Of a DNA stretch of 64,000 bases, positions 36,850 through 52,262 are shown piece after piece. The position numbers were made by a program, and so were the translations under genes. How positions within the stretch are numbered: position 1 is the stretch's first letter; every line of letters starts with the position of its first letter. This stretch comes from Lingula anatina (lineage: Eukaryota; Animalia; Brachiopoda), in contig CM120648.1 in the NCBI GenBank assembly GCA_051362555.1, positions 9,978,587 through 10,042,586 of the forward strand, given 5' to 3'. The notes under the pieces are model-generated. The model made no database searches. It saw only the letters and a program-made list of their open reading frames with translations, and had not been told where the DNA came from.

Positions 36850-39766
36850 CACGTGATGTGATTTTGCCAACGGATGTTACCCTCTGTGTCAAACTTACAA
36901 AATTAACGCTGTGATATGTACATGTATAGGGAATATTCAAAACTGGAGGATAAACGAGAAGAAATCATGGACGGATCTAACCAGTATGGCTATTTTGCAA
37001 CGTCTACTCAGAGCCAAGATAAATTAGTAGGAATCCAATAAAATTGAATGTTATGGCTGTTGTTCATTACAAATGTCATTCAAAAAGTTTTTATATATAT
37101 ATTATAAGTGGATCTACATGTTTCTGAAATTTACATAGCAATTTTTGTCTAGAAGTTCAATCCCATTTTGGGGCTTAAAGAGGATCGATACTTTAGGATA
37201 TTTTCCTTGTGCGCGTACATAATGAGGATAATAACACTGTCGTGTTATGAGATGATGCTGTCACATTAATAATATATGGGTGTGAATTTCAAATTAGAGC
37301 TGATGACGAACTGGCAACAACAGCCTTTTGAAGTGAAACCAATTCTATCGACATCAAATGATCTCCATCAGCTAAAATGCTATCAACAGTGTTTTATTGC
37401 CTATATAACCACAGCAATAAATACTCCAATTAGTTTTCATGATTTTTCCCTTCAAGTCTTACTTAGTCTATAAGTTAGTTTTTTTTCTCACCTCTGCCCG
37501 GGAAATTATGTTTTTTTAAAATCCATTCACAATTAAAATTGTTTGTCTGTTCATTTGTCACCGTAATGGATGGATATTAATGGCATTTTCGGGGTATGTC
37601 TAAAATAGGCTAACGAAAAAGTAATAAGAAATTTGATGACGATCCATTAATAAAATAATGGTTAAGTTATTTTGTTAATTAGTTGTCGATGAGGAGGTCA
37701 GCGCTAACAGGACGCTTCTCTAATTTTATAGCAATGATGATAAGATAAGTATTTCACATAAAGGAAAAAAAAAACAGTTTTCGAATGTAGGCCTTTGTAA
37801 CGTATCGATTTTTCTTAAGTCAGTTAGTGAAACCCGTCACATAATTAAGTTTAGGTTATTAAACGAAATGAAAACCCAGCCGAGGTCGCAATAAGATTTC
37901 ACCACACAGCGTCAGTGTCACAACTGTAGCATTCCTATTGCTTATATTCTTTGGACTGCTAAAATGTGTTTAAGCCTGATCACAATTGATACAACAACCC
38001 TATCAGCTATACCATGTAATGGGGCTACGGAGAGATTTCGAAGGTGGGTTCCAGTCAAGCATTGCTTCGGACTTCCTGAATTAATTTGCAAACTACGGGA
38101 ATAAAAGCTGGTGAAAGCTCCTCAGGCCTTTTCGGTGAACGTGTCTGCAATTTTTCCCTTTTTTCTTTTTTTCTATGCATTGGTGTAACTGTATGATTTG
38201 ATTATAGCAATATTATTATAGTTGTCAAAATTGGCCGCCGTTTTTTTATCGGGCTGTAAAAAACGGATAAAAAAATAATAATAAGATAAAATGGCCCACA
38301 CATTTCCTTCAAACCGACTATCCGACAATGAAGAACGGCCTATCACTTGTAAAACGATGGCAATAACTACAATTAATAGGGCCGTGTATGTCGAATTTGA
38401 AAGCTCGATTAAGATATTTTCAGCTCTTTAGGGCACTCGATAATTTTTTGGGCTTGATTGTTTTTATTCTGTCTGTCTGTCTAACTACATGTATCTATCT
38501 ATCTATCTATCTATCCATGGACAAAATTACGAATTTCGTTATTATGTCCAAGATCTATCTATCTTGCATTGTTCATATCTTGGACATGTTCATATATACG
38601 AGGTTTGTGATCAGCACGCAATCTCTCGAATTTAACGAAATAAGATACATTTATAAGACCATCTGTAGTGGAGACGAACTAGAAATATTTACTTTCACTG
38701 TGTTAAAGACCGAAAAGGAGTAAGTATTCATGACCATTGTGTAAGTATTTGCTATGTAAATATCTTATTCCTTCCACGGCTACTTCACAACTGAGTAGCA
38801 AAGTTAGCAAAGGAACATATTTGCTCAGTGCTGAATTGAATCAAGCGTCTTAGACGACCTCGCGTCTATTTGTTGGTCACTATAGTTCGGTCTCCAAATA
38901 TTTTTGAAAGGATTCATAACACTTACGGTGATCAGCCAACGTTTTGTGTTGGATACAATTCAAAAGCCTGCTACATTTGCATTTCTGTCGTAACTGGTTT
39001 GAGACTTTGAGAAGGGGATTTCACTTGGAGGCCTCTTCAGTGACAGAAGTTCATTTTCTTTTATTCAAATGAGTTAAGGGTGCTTGGAAAGAGTGGATAA
39101 ATCGCCGGTATTTTCGTTTGTAACTCAGTGCACAAATAAAAGGTGTGACGAACTTCACCTTTTTTCTCAAAAGATTGTGATATAAGGTGGGGGTTTTAAC
39201 GAAATTCAATTCGACATGGTGATTTACTATGAAATATGGAGACATTGCATTAGCACGCATACATGTACATAGATCCGCGCTTGCGTTGAAATTCTGCAAG
39301 ATATCCCACACCGTCTTATATTCCCTGCTTCAAAAATTATTGTTGTTTGATTATTAGTTATCATATCATCATCGAAGTCAAATTTTATACTTCCCTTCTA
39401 CTTCATAAAGTTTGTATTGTTGTCTTGGTTTTTGTATTAATAAATAATAATATTGTTAAAAATTGGCAGCTGATTGGATTTAGATGTATGTCCGCTCCAG
39501 TGAGCTTCAAGTGGATCCAAGAGAAAACATTTGCTTGGGCCGTATATTACCGGGGCATTGTTCTGACGTCAGAGGGACTTTGGACGCCCAACAGACCTTG
39601 GACAAAAAGAACTCAAAACCCTGTGAAAGGTAGAATTAACGGACATTTACGCAGTTTTGTTTAGCATGGGACTGCATCGATTCATGGGCGCTAACCTAAT
39701 ATTCCCATACAAAAAGGGCTGCTTCATTCACACGGCCAGGATTTGACGAGGTAGTATCGATTCAAG

Positions 39767-39807
<41 letters not shown>

Positions 39808-41186
39808 CACATACATGCAGATGTTGATGCATAACATAAACACTTAATCACAAAATCTCATGAAAGGCGGGGTGTATAAATTTGTCGGGAGCAATGGAAT
39901 CAGTTTTGGGCTAGGAGCAGTCTGTTAATAAAGATCGACACCATCCGCCTTTATCTATGCTGCATGTTATTAACAAAATGAAGAAACTTTTAAAAACTAG
40001 ATATATCGATGGTATATAAAACTGCATAAAATATGTGTAATTCCAAATTTTTTTCCTACAGATAAATTATACTGTATTAGTAGGACACGAAGAAAACAGA
40101 GCACAAACCAAACGCCTGATTCGGTTCAAACGCGGTCTTTAAATTTTTCGGACGTGAACACAGCAATCCTTGCAATAATTGAGGCACAGGTAACGCTTTG
40201 TTACGTCTCTCGCCCTTTCGCCTCTATTACGTTTGTTTACTAACATGCCCAGGGTTTTCAGTGGCAACCGTGTGTAAACAAGTCTTTTTTGAAATGTTTT
40301 GCTTTCTCTTGTGTTACTCTTATTATTGTTTAACGTGGGTTTTACGCAGTGAAAGGGACTGTGTATAAGAAGTAGTACATTCGGGAACTTATCCCCTCCA
40401 ATCTCGGAGCCAAAGGAAGACGAAGTTGTCGTAGTACATGTAAGACCGAGCTTCGGGACAAAATCAAAGGAGAGGCGGGCTTATAGATTAGAATATTAAA
40501 CCACTTGATTTTGAAATAAGTAGATCAAACTGTTGAACGAAACCCTTGCGAGCCAATTAGGATAATTTACGACTTGATTTGGAGATAAGTAGAAAAGTCC
40601 GAGCGCCGATTAGGTGGTAACCACGGCACTTGGATTTGTAGTGAAAAGGGACTTAAGCGACTTTACGATTGGTCTTGGACATAATAACGTAAGAAGTCAA
40701 ATTTGGTCTCTTAGCATACGAACAGTCAGGTCTGTTCACGGTCTGCAAAGAAACTGACAGAAAAGGGTTGAAATCACGAAGCAGGTACTGGTTTTGGGGA
40801 AAGTGACTCAGCAAACAGGGGACATTGGACCAATAACAGCGGATCGCTCGCAGGAAAAATGTGGAGGACTTATATGACAGGTAGGTTATGGTGTTTGCTG
40901 CAGTGTGTACTTTTTAAAGTCAAAATGTGTTTTAATTTTAAACCTTCCAGATTTACGCCCAAATGACATAAACAGACGCCTGGTTTTCTAAACCTGTTCC
41001 TTGTCCAGTGATTGCCCATTGGTTTTAATTAAGACATTCGTTAACCAACACTTGTGTTGGTACTGTTAATTAATACAGTGTAATGTGCAATTGCGGGGAG
41101 CGGTTTATGGAAACATCCCACTGGAGAACACTGCCATGAATACAGAGTTAAAATAACGGTGTCTGCCTTCTTAAACTAAGACTGTA

Positions 41187-42939
41187 CACTGTAAAAACAG
41201 TGCTTAGCATTTAAATACATACAACATACGTTAAGCACCTATACGCATTTAGAAATATGTGTAAAAGCTAAGCACGTATAGCTTTTTAAGCGTTTCACAG
41301 AAGAAAATGCTAGACACGTTTGTAGTGTTACACGTTTAGCTATGTGCTTAGCTTCACCGGTATATGGATCTATAATACGTCTATCACAAGCTAAGCACAT
41401 TGGCTAAGCACTTCCCCTGCTAAGCGCGTGAGGCTGCTAAACATATGGAGCTGCTATAGGTGTGGAATTCCTAAACGCGTGGAGCTGCTGAACAATACCC
41501 TCTATCAAGGCCGCAGTTCTTGGGGACATTTTTGCTGAAGCGACATCAGACCAATCTATTTATCTAGAGACACATCTGTGAAAAATCAATCTGTCGCCCT
41601 GGTAGAGGGTAGCTGAACAACAAGTTTAGCTTTTCAAGCTTCTTTCAGAAGAAATAAAAATGTTAAACATTCTTAGAAGTGTCGCACTTTTAGCTATGTG
41701 ATTAGTTTCAACGGTCCCATAAGTTTATTACAAGGCTCAACAATTTGGCTTAACACTTCCCCTTGTAAACATGTGGAGCTGTTGAAGGCGTGGAGCAGTC
41801 TGCTCGAACGCTTGGTGTCCTTCCTTGCGGTATCGCGTGCTTATTTAAAACAGGCCTACGAAAGATGCATACAAAGTCATTTTTGCTCAAAAACCAACCA
41901 AATACCAGTATATAGTTTCAAAAAGTATAATTGAGGAAATTGCCAGAAGGCATTGATTAATATTACCCGAAAAATGACATTTGAATGGATTTTTCTGTTA
42001 GCTTACTATCCTGTATATACATGGGACAGAAAAGTAGGTCACCTAAGTAGGTTAAATTTCTGACCAAAAATTTAAAGAGCAGTCTAAAGCTCTTGGCTTA
42101 TTTGAGTCGTATAAGAATCTAGTAGAGGTGGTTTATATGTGTTACTGGCAACCCACGCTCCACCGATGCACGATTCATATGTACCTTTAAGTAATAATCC
42201 AAATAACAACGTTTTCACGACGTTATCAGATGGTTACATGCTAGTAATGGTATAGAAGAACATTATAGTAACGTTATGGGTGTTTTAAATCCAATCAAAA
42301 TGATGTACAGTAACGTTATAATTTGTAAAAAGATTCGAAGACCGTTTCTACAAAATTTTATGATACATGTAACGTCATTTTGTGGAGTTTTATCAGCCTG
42401 TTTATAACATTCTGGAAAAACATTATATAATGTTTTGAAAACATTTTTATATGAATAACCAAAACACGTCTTATGCTGTTTGAACTACAGTTAGTGGTTA
42501 ATTCCAAAATGGGCTTGGAGTTAATCGTCGACTAGAGCGGTGCAAATATTCGGACTATCGGTACCGAAATAACCAGCATGTGATGAAAGCTTAAGTAAAG
42601 TATTATAATGAATACCCCACCATCATCTTGATGTTCTATTGTTCATTACTTCCGGAAAAAAAATAATAGATATTAATACCGTAACGCATTTTATCAAAAT
42701 ATGGAGAAAGGTGTTTTAAAGTAAAAATGATAGTTGTTACGTGCCTTTAGTGAACTAGTGAATTTTCCTAACCTGCTTTTCAGAAATACATTCCAAAAAA
42801 CTTCCTCGCAAGGTCAGCTAACACAAGGATGAATAAGTACAGCTGTAGAGATGATAGTGGGAAGTCAACGATGTTGACAGTTCACGGTACACTGTTATAG
42901 AAAGAGATAACTGTAGTAGTTAAAGGTGACCGTGAGTTC

Positions 42940-42973
<34 letters not shown>

Positions 42974-43196
42974 TCACGCGCGCGCGTGTTTGCGACTAAA
43001 ACAGTTGAAACCCTTAGCACCTAAAAGTTAAACAAATACACCCTACGTTTATAAGCCGTCAAACGCGTCATACTGCTAAACACAAGCGTGTAACATGTTA
43101 AGAAGCTAAACATGTTAGGAGCTAAACGTGTGGAAAAAGTGAGACAAAACAGGCGCTTAGAAATGTGTTTAGGAGCTAAACACTGTTTTTACAGTG
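41187..43196. mobile_element. 2-kb non-autonomous DNA transposon with CACTGTAAAAACAGTG termini (CMC/EnSpm-like) and nested inserts
   Basis: TA-cactgtaaaaacagtgcttagc...gctaaacactgtttttacagtg-TA, with many subterminal GCTAA(A/G)CAC repeats at both ends. No transposase ORF seen. Confidence 0.8.
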
Positions 43197-43561
43197 TAGA
43201 GTGATGAAAGTTGAAGTATAGTAGTTCAAATGCTACAGACAAGTAGCCAGCAATTCTAAAGGCGCTGTTTAATTTGTGAAGTTACCCTTGCAGCAGAAAA
43301 CAACATTGGCTTGTACTGTATAGTAGCCCTAGTGACGAAGAATATACATGTATTTAGTTGTATTTCATTAATCAGCTTTACTGTTTTTTCATGAGGTTGT
43401 TGAACATTTTCAAAAGAAAATCATTATCTTTTCATGGGACACCCACCCAGTTTAGTATTATCTTATTTTTGTTCTTTTTATATATATGCAATAATTCGCT
43501 TATTTTAGCGCTGGTATTTGCGTTGCTGGGGTCAGACGTAAGCAGGCTTCCTGAAGGTAAG

Positions 43562-43565
<4 letters not shown>

Positions 43566-43650
<85 letters not shown>
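43566..43650. repeat. Compound (CT)n(AT)n microsatellite
   Basis: Directly visible. Confidence 0.95.
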
Positions 43651-43654
<4 letters not shown>

Positions 43655-43971
43655 CTTGACATTTAATATGGAATATTTTTTTCCAAATCATTTTTCATCA
43701 GGTTTTTCCTATTTTGATGACTGATAAATGAAAATAAGGATTATATTCGTGTTTTAATAACTTTTAATTATCTCTTTGATGTCAGTGTGACATCAGTTTA
43801 TTAATGGAATTCGCCAGAGAAGCAAACAAAAACACATTGCCTATTCTATGTCATACGACAACCATTAAAAGAGATATTTTGGATCTCCATATTTTCCAAA
43901 TTATTATTTGTAAAAGAGTTACACTCTCCATAAAGGACCCTCATGTCAGTCTCTAGTCACAGTAACGGTCG

Positions 43972-44620
43972 CTGTTACGCCTGACCTCTTCTGGCTGCTA
44001 CCAGCGCTCTCAAGTGGCAAGGCGTTCTTTGGGATAGGTTTTTAGAGTTCAATCTGGAATTACATTCCAGGCATCGGTCAAAATCTGTCCAATTTGGTCC
44101 AGTTTTGTTGTAGGACATGTAGAATATTGATGCGGCAAGTAATGACCTACCCACACATTGTCTATGTGGTTCAAATATGGCGATTTTGATGACCAAGGTA
44201 GCTGCTCATTCACTTGGTTTTGTAAGTAATCTGCTATTAAAAGTGCTCTGTGTGAACCGGCTATCTCACCGTGCAACCTAAAATTGTTCCTAAGGTGCCC
44301 CCTATCAAATAATAGTCAAGTGGTTCCCAGATTATTCCTTGATTTGATCTGGTGCAGGTTTTCGTCGATGACTACCATTGGTGTTTTGGCACCAATGTGG
44401 TATCAACTCTAAATAATGACGCTGTTAATGACCTTAGTCACTTTAGACGCGGCACACGCTTCGGCGTTGGCCTCTTCTGGATGTCTGTAAACTCTGTTTT
44501 GACAAGTTGAACGGTACAGGTGAAATTTGACCTCAATAAAGAAAGCCACGAAGTTTCAGTGTTCAACCCAGAAACAGTCAAGGTCCCCAATTCATTAGAG
44601 AAACATACAACGATGTTTTG
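43972..44620 (-). pseudogene. Decayed Tc1/mariner transposase
   Basis: LPWSSKSPYLNHIDNVW matches the Tc1 WP..SPDLNPIE..W signature; DAWNVIP and VAARRG resemble the Tc1 C-terminus; GRPR-like HTH remnants near 44460. Frameshifts and stops throughout. Confidence 0.8.
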
Positions 44621-46137
44621 CTGTTTACAGTGGGTTCCTCGGAGGTAGTCTGGTAATCTAACCTGCTAAAATCAGGTTGGTGTTCGCTAAGGGCCTTGAA
44701 AATTGCGTTTTGGTGGCATTTTGACCCTCATTCAGAACGGACTGGGTGGTTTTTGTTTAGTTGCAACAGCATATCCCGAAAGACAGTGGGTCCTGTACCC
44801 TGGTGGTAGGATTTCAATACATTGGGTGTGGCCTCTGTGTAGGTACATCAGTCTTGGCATTACTCTGTAAAACTGTGTGGACCGTTTCGTTTGGCGCTTT
44901 TATGTCTGGCAATGTCTGTCTTTTTCAAGACTTTCTGACACAGATTAAACAAATTGTAAAGCAACGCACAGCTCATTTTACACACTGCAAAACCGACCAC
45001 TTGCATGCAAAATTTCAGATTCTTCTATGCAGTAGTTGCCGACAAATGGATAATTTTATGACAGAACCATGCTTTCCCAAAGCCAAGCTTTGATCTGCCC
45101 AAAGGAGCACTACCCAATTAAATCACTGCATATTACATAATTCAGCAGCGCAACAAACCTGGAATTCAGTTAATTGGAAGCGATACACCTGACTACACAC
45201 TTCTCCATTCACATATCTTATATGAGATTTGAGTTTTTTGAAAAAAGAACGCATTTTTACCTAGGCATACCTTCGAAACTGAAATATTCCATATTAAATG
45301 TCAAGTCTGTATATATGATTCCATGGATATACACCCTTTCCCTCTCATCAAGAGCTATTTTCCGCATTTTCCGCCCCTAAATTCCCCTTTTCCCTCATAC
45401 CGATTTGGCATTATATGGTACAAGATGTGTTTTTTTATATACGGACTTGGTTTTTGATCTGTGTGACCATAGAACTGATACCAACAGACATTATATTACA
45501 AAAACATCTGATAATATTAACCCAAAGCAATCAAGTGGCAAAAACATTCGTTAATTGTATTCGCCAACTAGTGATAAGAAAACAGAAGAGGAAATGAAAA
45601 ATTCACATCGGTATTATTCTGTCTGCTGAATCTGAAATACTGTAGCTTTTATTTGAGCCTCTGTCCAGACACAAATATTGATTACAATCCTTTACAGTAT
45701 CTGTGATCACAATGGCGCTTTATCAAAAGCTTTCCTCGTCGTCGCAGAGAGATGATTCGGGTGCATTTCAAAAGGTCTTTTTGAGATCGAAGCTTGTCAA
45801 GTGTTTTAACAAAACAAGTCGGTGCTGAATAATACAAATCAGGTGTTTCAAACATATTCACCACACATTGCTTTTACTCCTGCTGCAGTGTGTACTTAGT
45901 AAATGTAATATTTAGATATTATCACAAAAGCAATGGAAGGCGTCTTTTTACCAGACAAGTATACAGCGCAGGCACGTGATTTACATCGATGGGATCGACA
46001 GACAGGAAAACGAAAATGGAGAGAAAAAATGCCTATAATTCGGAAAACATCATCAGTGGTTGACACTGTGTTACTTATACTGTTGTACCATGCCATGAAA
46101 CTTTGCGCCGTCCAAATATAATGGATTACAGGTAGGA

Positions 46138-46199
<62 letters not shown>

Positions 46200-46683
46200 C
46201 AATAGGCCTAATGACAAAATAGTAAGGCGCCCTCAATGACCAATACGAAAATGTATTTCGTTTTCTAAAATCTGTAAAATGATTCGAGCACCTGAAATTG
46301 AATATTTCCTAGTTTCTCTTGTTTTTTATTTCACATATTTCCCAAATTAAAAAGAAAAAGATGAAAAAGGAGAAGAAGGAGAAAAAGAAGAACATTTACT
46401 GTATTTTTTCCAAGCGACGCATCGTTTATTATTAAAAACCTAATCTTCTAATGTGAGAGTACCGATTAGAAATGTGTATTCACTGCTGTTTATTTAGCTT
46501 CTCAGTAATTATAGATCTAATAGGAATCAATCGTCCTCGGATGTTTCGTCAATTGGGGCATCAACTTCTGGCTACATAATCCGTTAAGTAATTAGCAGCT
46601 CATTTTCTAAACTTGGGAAAACGACAAATGTCCCAAGCTGTGTAGATATATTTAATTGGAACCCTCGCAATAAAAGAGTTATA

Positions 46684-46948
46684 GGGCCCCATTCTTATAG
46701 ATATCATCGGTCTACGCAGTTCGACCCAACTCCACAAGGACTCTTGCTGAATGTAATAAGTTTAACAAATAAGCACGCCTCCTCCTGTAGAATTCAGAAA
46801 AGCTGGTGACTAACGAGTATTGAGTACATTGGAAATAAACAATAGGATCCGGAGGCGTGTCATTCAGTTAAGGTGATAGTAGTCAGCAAGAGTCCCCGAA
46901 GAGTTGGATCGATCTACGTAGATGGATGTGGCTGTGGAAATGGGGTTT
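46684..46948. mobile_element. Foldback MITE with CCCCATT(T/C)C termini; related to 9360-9540, 59010-59222 and 62088-62300
   Basis: ggccccattc...ggaaatggggt termini and internal inverted arms (actcttgctga / tcagcaagagt). Confidence 0.6.
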
Positions 46949-47377
46949 AAGCCTGCGAATCAAACGAGTCATTGGTGGTGCTCACTTTGCTTTGAGAGCC
47001 GATAGATTTAATTGCGTCACATGACGTCACACACGTGATCAGCGAAATAATGATGCTCGTGATTCAATAGCTGTAGCAAAATGGACTCGAGTTCCGTTGA
47101 CGCAATTAATTCGATCGTCGGTGTGAGTGCGCCTGTCTGAGGAATGTAACCGCCAATTAAGTTATCTGTAATCTATCCTTTTAATTATTAATGGAGTGAC
47201 TATCATGTTCTATTCAATGTTCTGTTTAATCCGGAAAAAGGCGACGGTCATCCGCTGGTAAAAGCATGTCAAACATATCCTGAACTAGTCAATAGTTTGA
47301 GTAGGATTTGGAGAAGAGTTGGATACTAATTGGCGTCTGACTTCATCGTGCAAGTTTCAAGCCAAGTTACACAGCAC

Positions 47378-47731
47378 TTAAAGATGCGTATAAAGTCATT
47401 TTTGTAACATAAAGCCAGAATATTTTTTCAAATAGTATAAATTAGAGAATTACTAAAACACTGTTTAATAGCACCTGAAAAAAGGATACTTGAACGGATT
47501 TTTCTGCTAGCTTTCTATGTTGTATTTAAATGGGGCATACATTGTAAAAGTAGATCAGATAATAATTGACAAGTAGGTTAAATATCTGACCAAAAATAAA
47601 GGAGTAATTTATTCAGTTTATTCCTTGGCATGACGACTTAATTTGAGTCGTATAAGAAACTAGTAGAAGTGGTTTATATTTGTTACTGGGAATCCACGCT
47701 CCACCGACGCTCGGTTCATATGTACCTTTAA
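47378..47731. mobile_element. TTAA-flanked Kolobok-like MITE; second copy nested at about 41862-42190
   Basis: TTAA-AGATGC...GTACCT-TTAA. The 3' 160 bp are near-identical to 42030-42190. Confidence 0.7.
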
Positions 47732-48561
47732 TTGATGAGATAATATTTTCTAGGTTAACAAATGTACAGTTGATATACTGCAATTGAGGGGGAGGGGGGG
47801 CATGGTGTGCTTAGAAAGAAGTCACGACCCTAATCTTGTCCAATTAATTTCAACAATAAATGCACTTTCTGCTCCCGTGTTAAGCTGTATGCGTATTTCA
47901 GTTATATCTATTATTTATTTCTGTCACACGTACTGGGTATTCATTAATTGGCCAAAGGTAGTGACCTGTTAAAGCTGTATTGGCTGTGGGCACGATATGT
48001 GTTTAACCTTTAATCAAGACCCTGCCTCCTAAAGAAACTTGAGTCGAAACTTGTTTTTTTTTTCAAATTTGGGATAAAAAAATCCATTCCGGCCCCTTAA
48101 GACAAAGCTAAAGTTTTAAAGCTAGAGTAAAGAACCACAACGATGTCGGTTTTAGGATATTAGCTAAAGCTATTCCTTCTCTAAGGCATTGATATCCATT
48201 GTTTTAAATGCTATTGTTCCCGTTTTAATCGAATGGTCATTTTCTGTATTTATTTTGCAGTTACTAGTACGTGTTTCGGATATATTTGTACCTACAGAAC
48301 TTCTGAAACAAAAAGAAACCTTAAAGGACTTCTTACGCAACTGTTGATATCATGCTGTGTAACGTATTGATCAGAAGATCAATCGCTTTTCAAGATCAAT
48401 AATCAGGTATCAATTGTGTATACATAGGCAAAAGGCGGTATACTTCAGTTTTGTTGCTCTCAAAGACACTTTCTCGCTGTTTTAAGTTCAATACCTCTTA
48501 GAGCTCGGGGTCGTAAAATAAAAATGATCTTAACATATCCTTCATCATCATCATCATCATC

Positions 48562-48611
<50 letters not shown>

Positions 48612-49378
48612 TGCAGTAGGCACCTTGGATGATTCTTAGTTCTTTGGCCGCCAATCTGATATTATTTCACGTTGACAGGATTGTTGATATTTTGGTGTGG
48701 GCACTGAAGCAATGACACACCTGCTACGTTTCATTACACGCACGTGCTCGCAAAAGTGAAAATTCGTATTTCAATAAGTAAAAAAAAAAAAAAAAAAATT
48801 CTTACGTTGAATGACAAAATGTGGGAGGCATGTTAGAAGCGCTTTAATTTAAAACATTTTAATAATTTAGAAAATGTGGCCCAATCCTTGTGACACCTCT
48901 TGTGTAATTCATAACAACCCTGTCTGGCGCCTTTTATCAAAGACACAGAGCACACGTATCTTAACCCCAGAACGTTGAATAAAGAAATGAAAATTGAAAT
49001 ATACATACAACTATCAATGCATGAATAGAACACACAACGCTAGATCAATTGAAGATAGATTTTTTACATATTTTCCACCAACGGAATCAGATGTGAGCGT
49101 CATTCAAGCGATACATCTAAATCAATCGATTCGCCTTCGATCTTTCACGCAATACGGCATACTACCCTTTGTAATGCTACGCGGTACTCGGTCAATTCGA
49201 AATTGATTTAACTGCCATTGCCAAAACAGACACGGTTAAAGCAAATGCACGTTGCCTAAACGGGATTTTAACAAAACCAGTCTTAGTTTATGTTTTAACT
49301 CCTGTTTTAGCTTCAAATGAACAAAGCTGTTAATTCGGATCGGGATACTACTAACTGGACCTTTCCAAAGAGTCAAAA

Positions 49379-52262
49379 ATGGCGCCCAGATCATCAAGCG
49401 CTCTGGGAATTTTAACATCATCAGTAGTTCTGTTTTTAGTTCTATTAAATTTGGAACATTTTTCAGTCCATGGCGTAGCCGTAAAGGGAGCAGACGACGA
49501 CCTGATCTCATATTTATTCACCAACTACACTAAATTGTCACGTCCGGTCGCCGACCCCAGTGAGACGGTAGAAGTAGACATTCAGTTTTATATCGAGAGA
49601 TTGAATTCTCTGGTAAGTTAAGGATTATTAGAAAACTTACTGATTCAGCAAATGTGGATATGTAAATATGAGTTCATTTTACTTTTTTATAATCAAAACA
49701 ATTATAAATTAAGTGCTAACTTGTAACTTGTAAGACTTAACAGTTCCATTCCATGTTGAGATTTCCGATCCAGATTTTGATACTGAAATATTGATCCACT
49801 TATTGTTCAGCTGAATCAATGGAGAAGTAATTTGGTTGTTTATTTTGTTTTATTGCCACTTGATCCATCCGTGAATTATCTTAGTACCTGGAATCATCTT
49901 ATTATGTTCATGTGCTATAGCGAATTTACTTCTAATGCCTACTGCTTATTTTCTGACCACAGGGGTCGCTAGTATAGTCACTCACAAAATTGTTGGATCG
50001 ACATGTATACTATACTATAGACCCTAGTGAAATCAGAGGTTACATGTACCTATTCCTTTGCTTTAGACGAACAAAGAGGAGAATGGGGACTCACCAACAA
50101 GCTTATCGATCCTCTTTCCTTTTTTTATATTAAAAAAAACTACTTTAAATAGTCCCGAAATTCTGAAAAGAGGAGAAAAGGCAAGCAGTGACCCCAAACT
50201 AATTCCCAATGCATTCAGTTCAGAAAGAAAACGGTTTCACTTGTTATTAAAAAAGGAACACCCCCTTCCCGATAACATGTTAATGTTAAAACTGCATCAA
50301 TCTACGAATACGTAAGTCCTAAGATTCTCGAATTATATTTATTAACTGACACATCAAGGGTCCAGTTTTATTAACAATGGATAGACACTTTCCACTGGAT
50401 GGGAATAATTATCCTCTAACATTTATTTAGAAGGTAAAGAAACGTTTATCAAGCGTCAAATACTTATTTTCGTATCTGATATTGTTATTCAGTTGTTGAA
50501 ATGACTGGTATTCTCAAGATTTTCAGAGGAAAGGGGGAGTGCATATATAGTAAGTATAGTGGGGTACTGGTACATGTATGGAATAAATACTCTTATGTGG
50601 GAATGAAAACTGGTCGGTTGTGTCCCTTTTTATCCATTAACCTGATGTTAGAGTGGATATAAGGGGAAGGTATGGGTGGGGGGGAGGGGGGGGGGGGTAA
50701 CGGCCCACTGTTCTTTCAGGATTTGCCACTGACATTTATTACAGTTTTTATCTTGTATTTTTATTTTTCACGTTTATGACACGTGCTTTCATAATTTTAG
50801 GACACATTGAACCAGATTCTGTACCTAAACGGTCACTTAGAGACGGTAAGCAATAACATTACATTATTGTTGCTAAATATGGGGCAATTCATGGTGAAAA
50901 GGGTAACCTTTTGTTTTTAAATAAAGTGGGCTTTGAAAGGGATTGGCGCCATTCATTTCGTTACAGTGCTAGTTAAAAATGTAGAGAAGTGTTTTTTTTT
51001 ATTTTTTCATCAAAGATATACGATAGAAAAACTTTACTGAACTTAAGTCTCATAAGCCCTAAAGTATACCACTTTACATGTTGTGGCGTATGAATCCATG
51101 AATAGACCGACTTACGAACACAATGTCGGAAAAATACTCGAGGTCCCTCGGTACATGTAGCTATGTGTCAACTGTTTTTCAGAGCTGGACCGACCACAGG
51201 TTAATATGGACCCCAGCCTCTTACGGCGATATAAAACAACTTGCACTAAGAGCTGACCAAGTATGGCTGCCAGATATCGCAGTTGAGAATAAGTGCGTAT
51301 TGTCACAACCACGAACAGTGCTTGTCACCTCTAACGCAATTATTGTTTTCATTTTCCATCAGACGATTGCAAGTATAAGCTTCAAGACCATAGATATATC
51401 ATCCTTATCTTTATAGGAATTTTACTCTTTGAATGAGATTCAAAATTGCACAAAAATACATTGTAAACAACATAGAAATATAAAATTCCTATTACCACTA
51501 AGGCATATGCGCGGTTATCGGACCACGTAGACCTTCATAATATGGCCACCCTCCGTAATAGTCTCCTAAGAGATTATTTTAAAACCATTCTTAATAAATC
51601 AACTAACTTTGAATGTCGGAACAGATTTATTAACCATTGGAAACTTTGGGGAAAAGTCATTTACCCCAGGAAAAGCCGTTTTTTAAAAGTCATTTTTCGT
51701 GCTAAAGTTAAGAGTTGTCATCCCTTTAGCTATCTTCCATAGAAACAGCGTGCAACCGCATATAGTAACATACTTCATTCAATACTTCAGTGCCGGAACG
51801 CCGTTTACAAGCGACTACTACCAGAGTTATTATCCAGTGGAGGTGTATTCCACGGGGAAAGTGATATGGCATCCTGCAGGAGAATTCGCGAGCAGGTAAA
51901 TGTTATTATTGATGAGCCGCTGTGAGAAAAAATACTACAAGGCGTATAATTGAAACATCCGCTTAATATCTGATGATAAATGTATTGTATATATTTTTAC
52001 AGTTCACTGCATGCCACAGACTAATGAATTAATAATAATAATAATGATAATAATGATAATAGTGATAATAACAGTAATAATGAGTATTATACTTAACAGT
52101 TTGTTTTGAATTTATTTGTTTCTACGTATATACTATCACTTTTGAGACTATATCATAACATAGGGGTGCAAATTACTGTGACTTGATTTAAGCGGTATGT
52201 AAAATTAAAAAAAAAAAACAATTATATTACCGTAACTTGAATGCAAAACCTTTGAAATTCTA

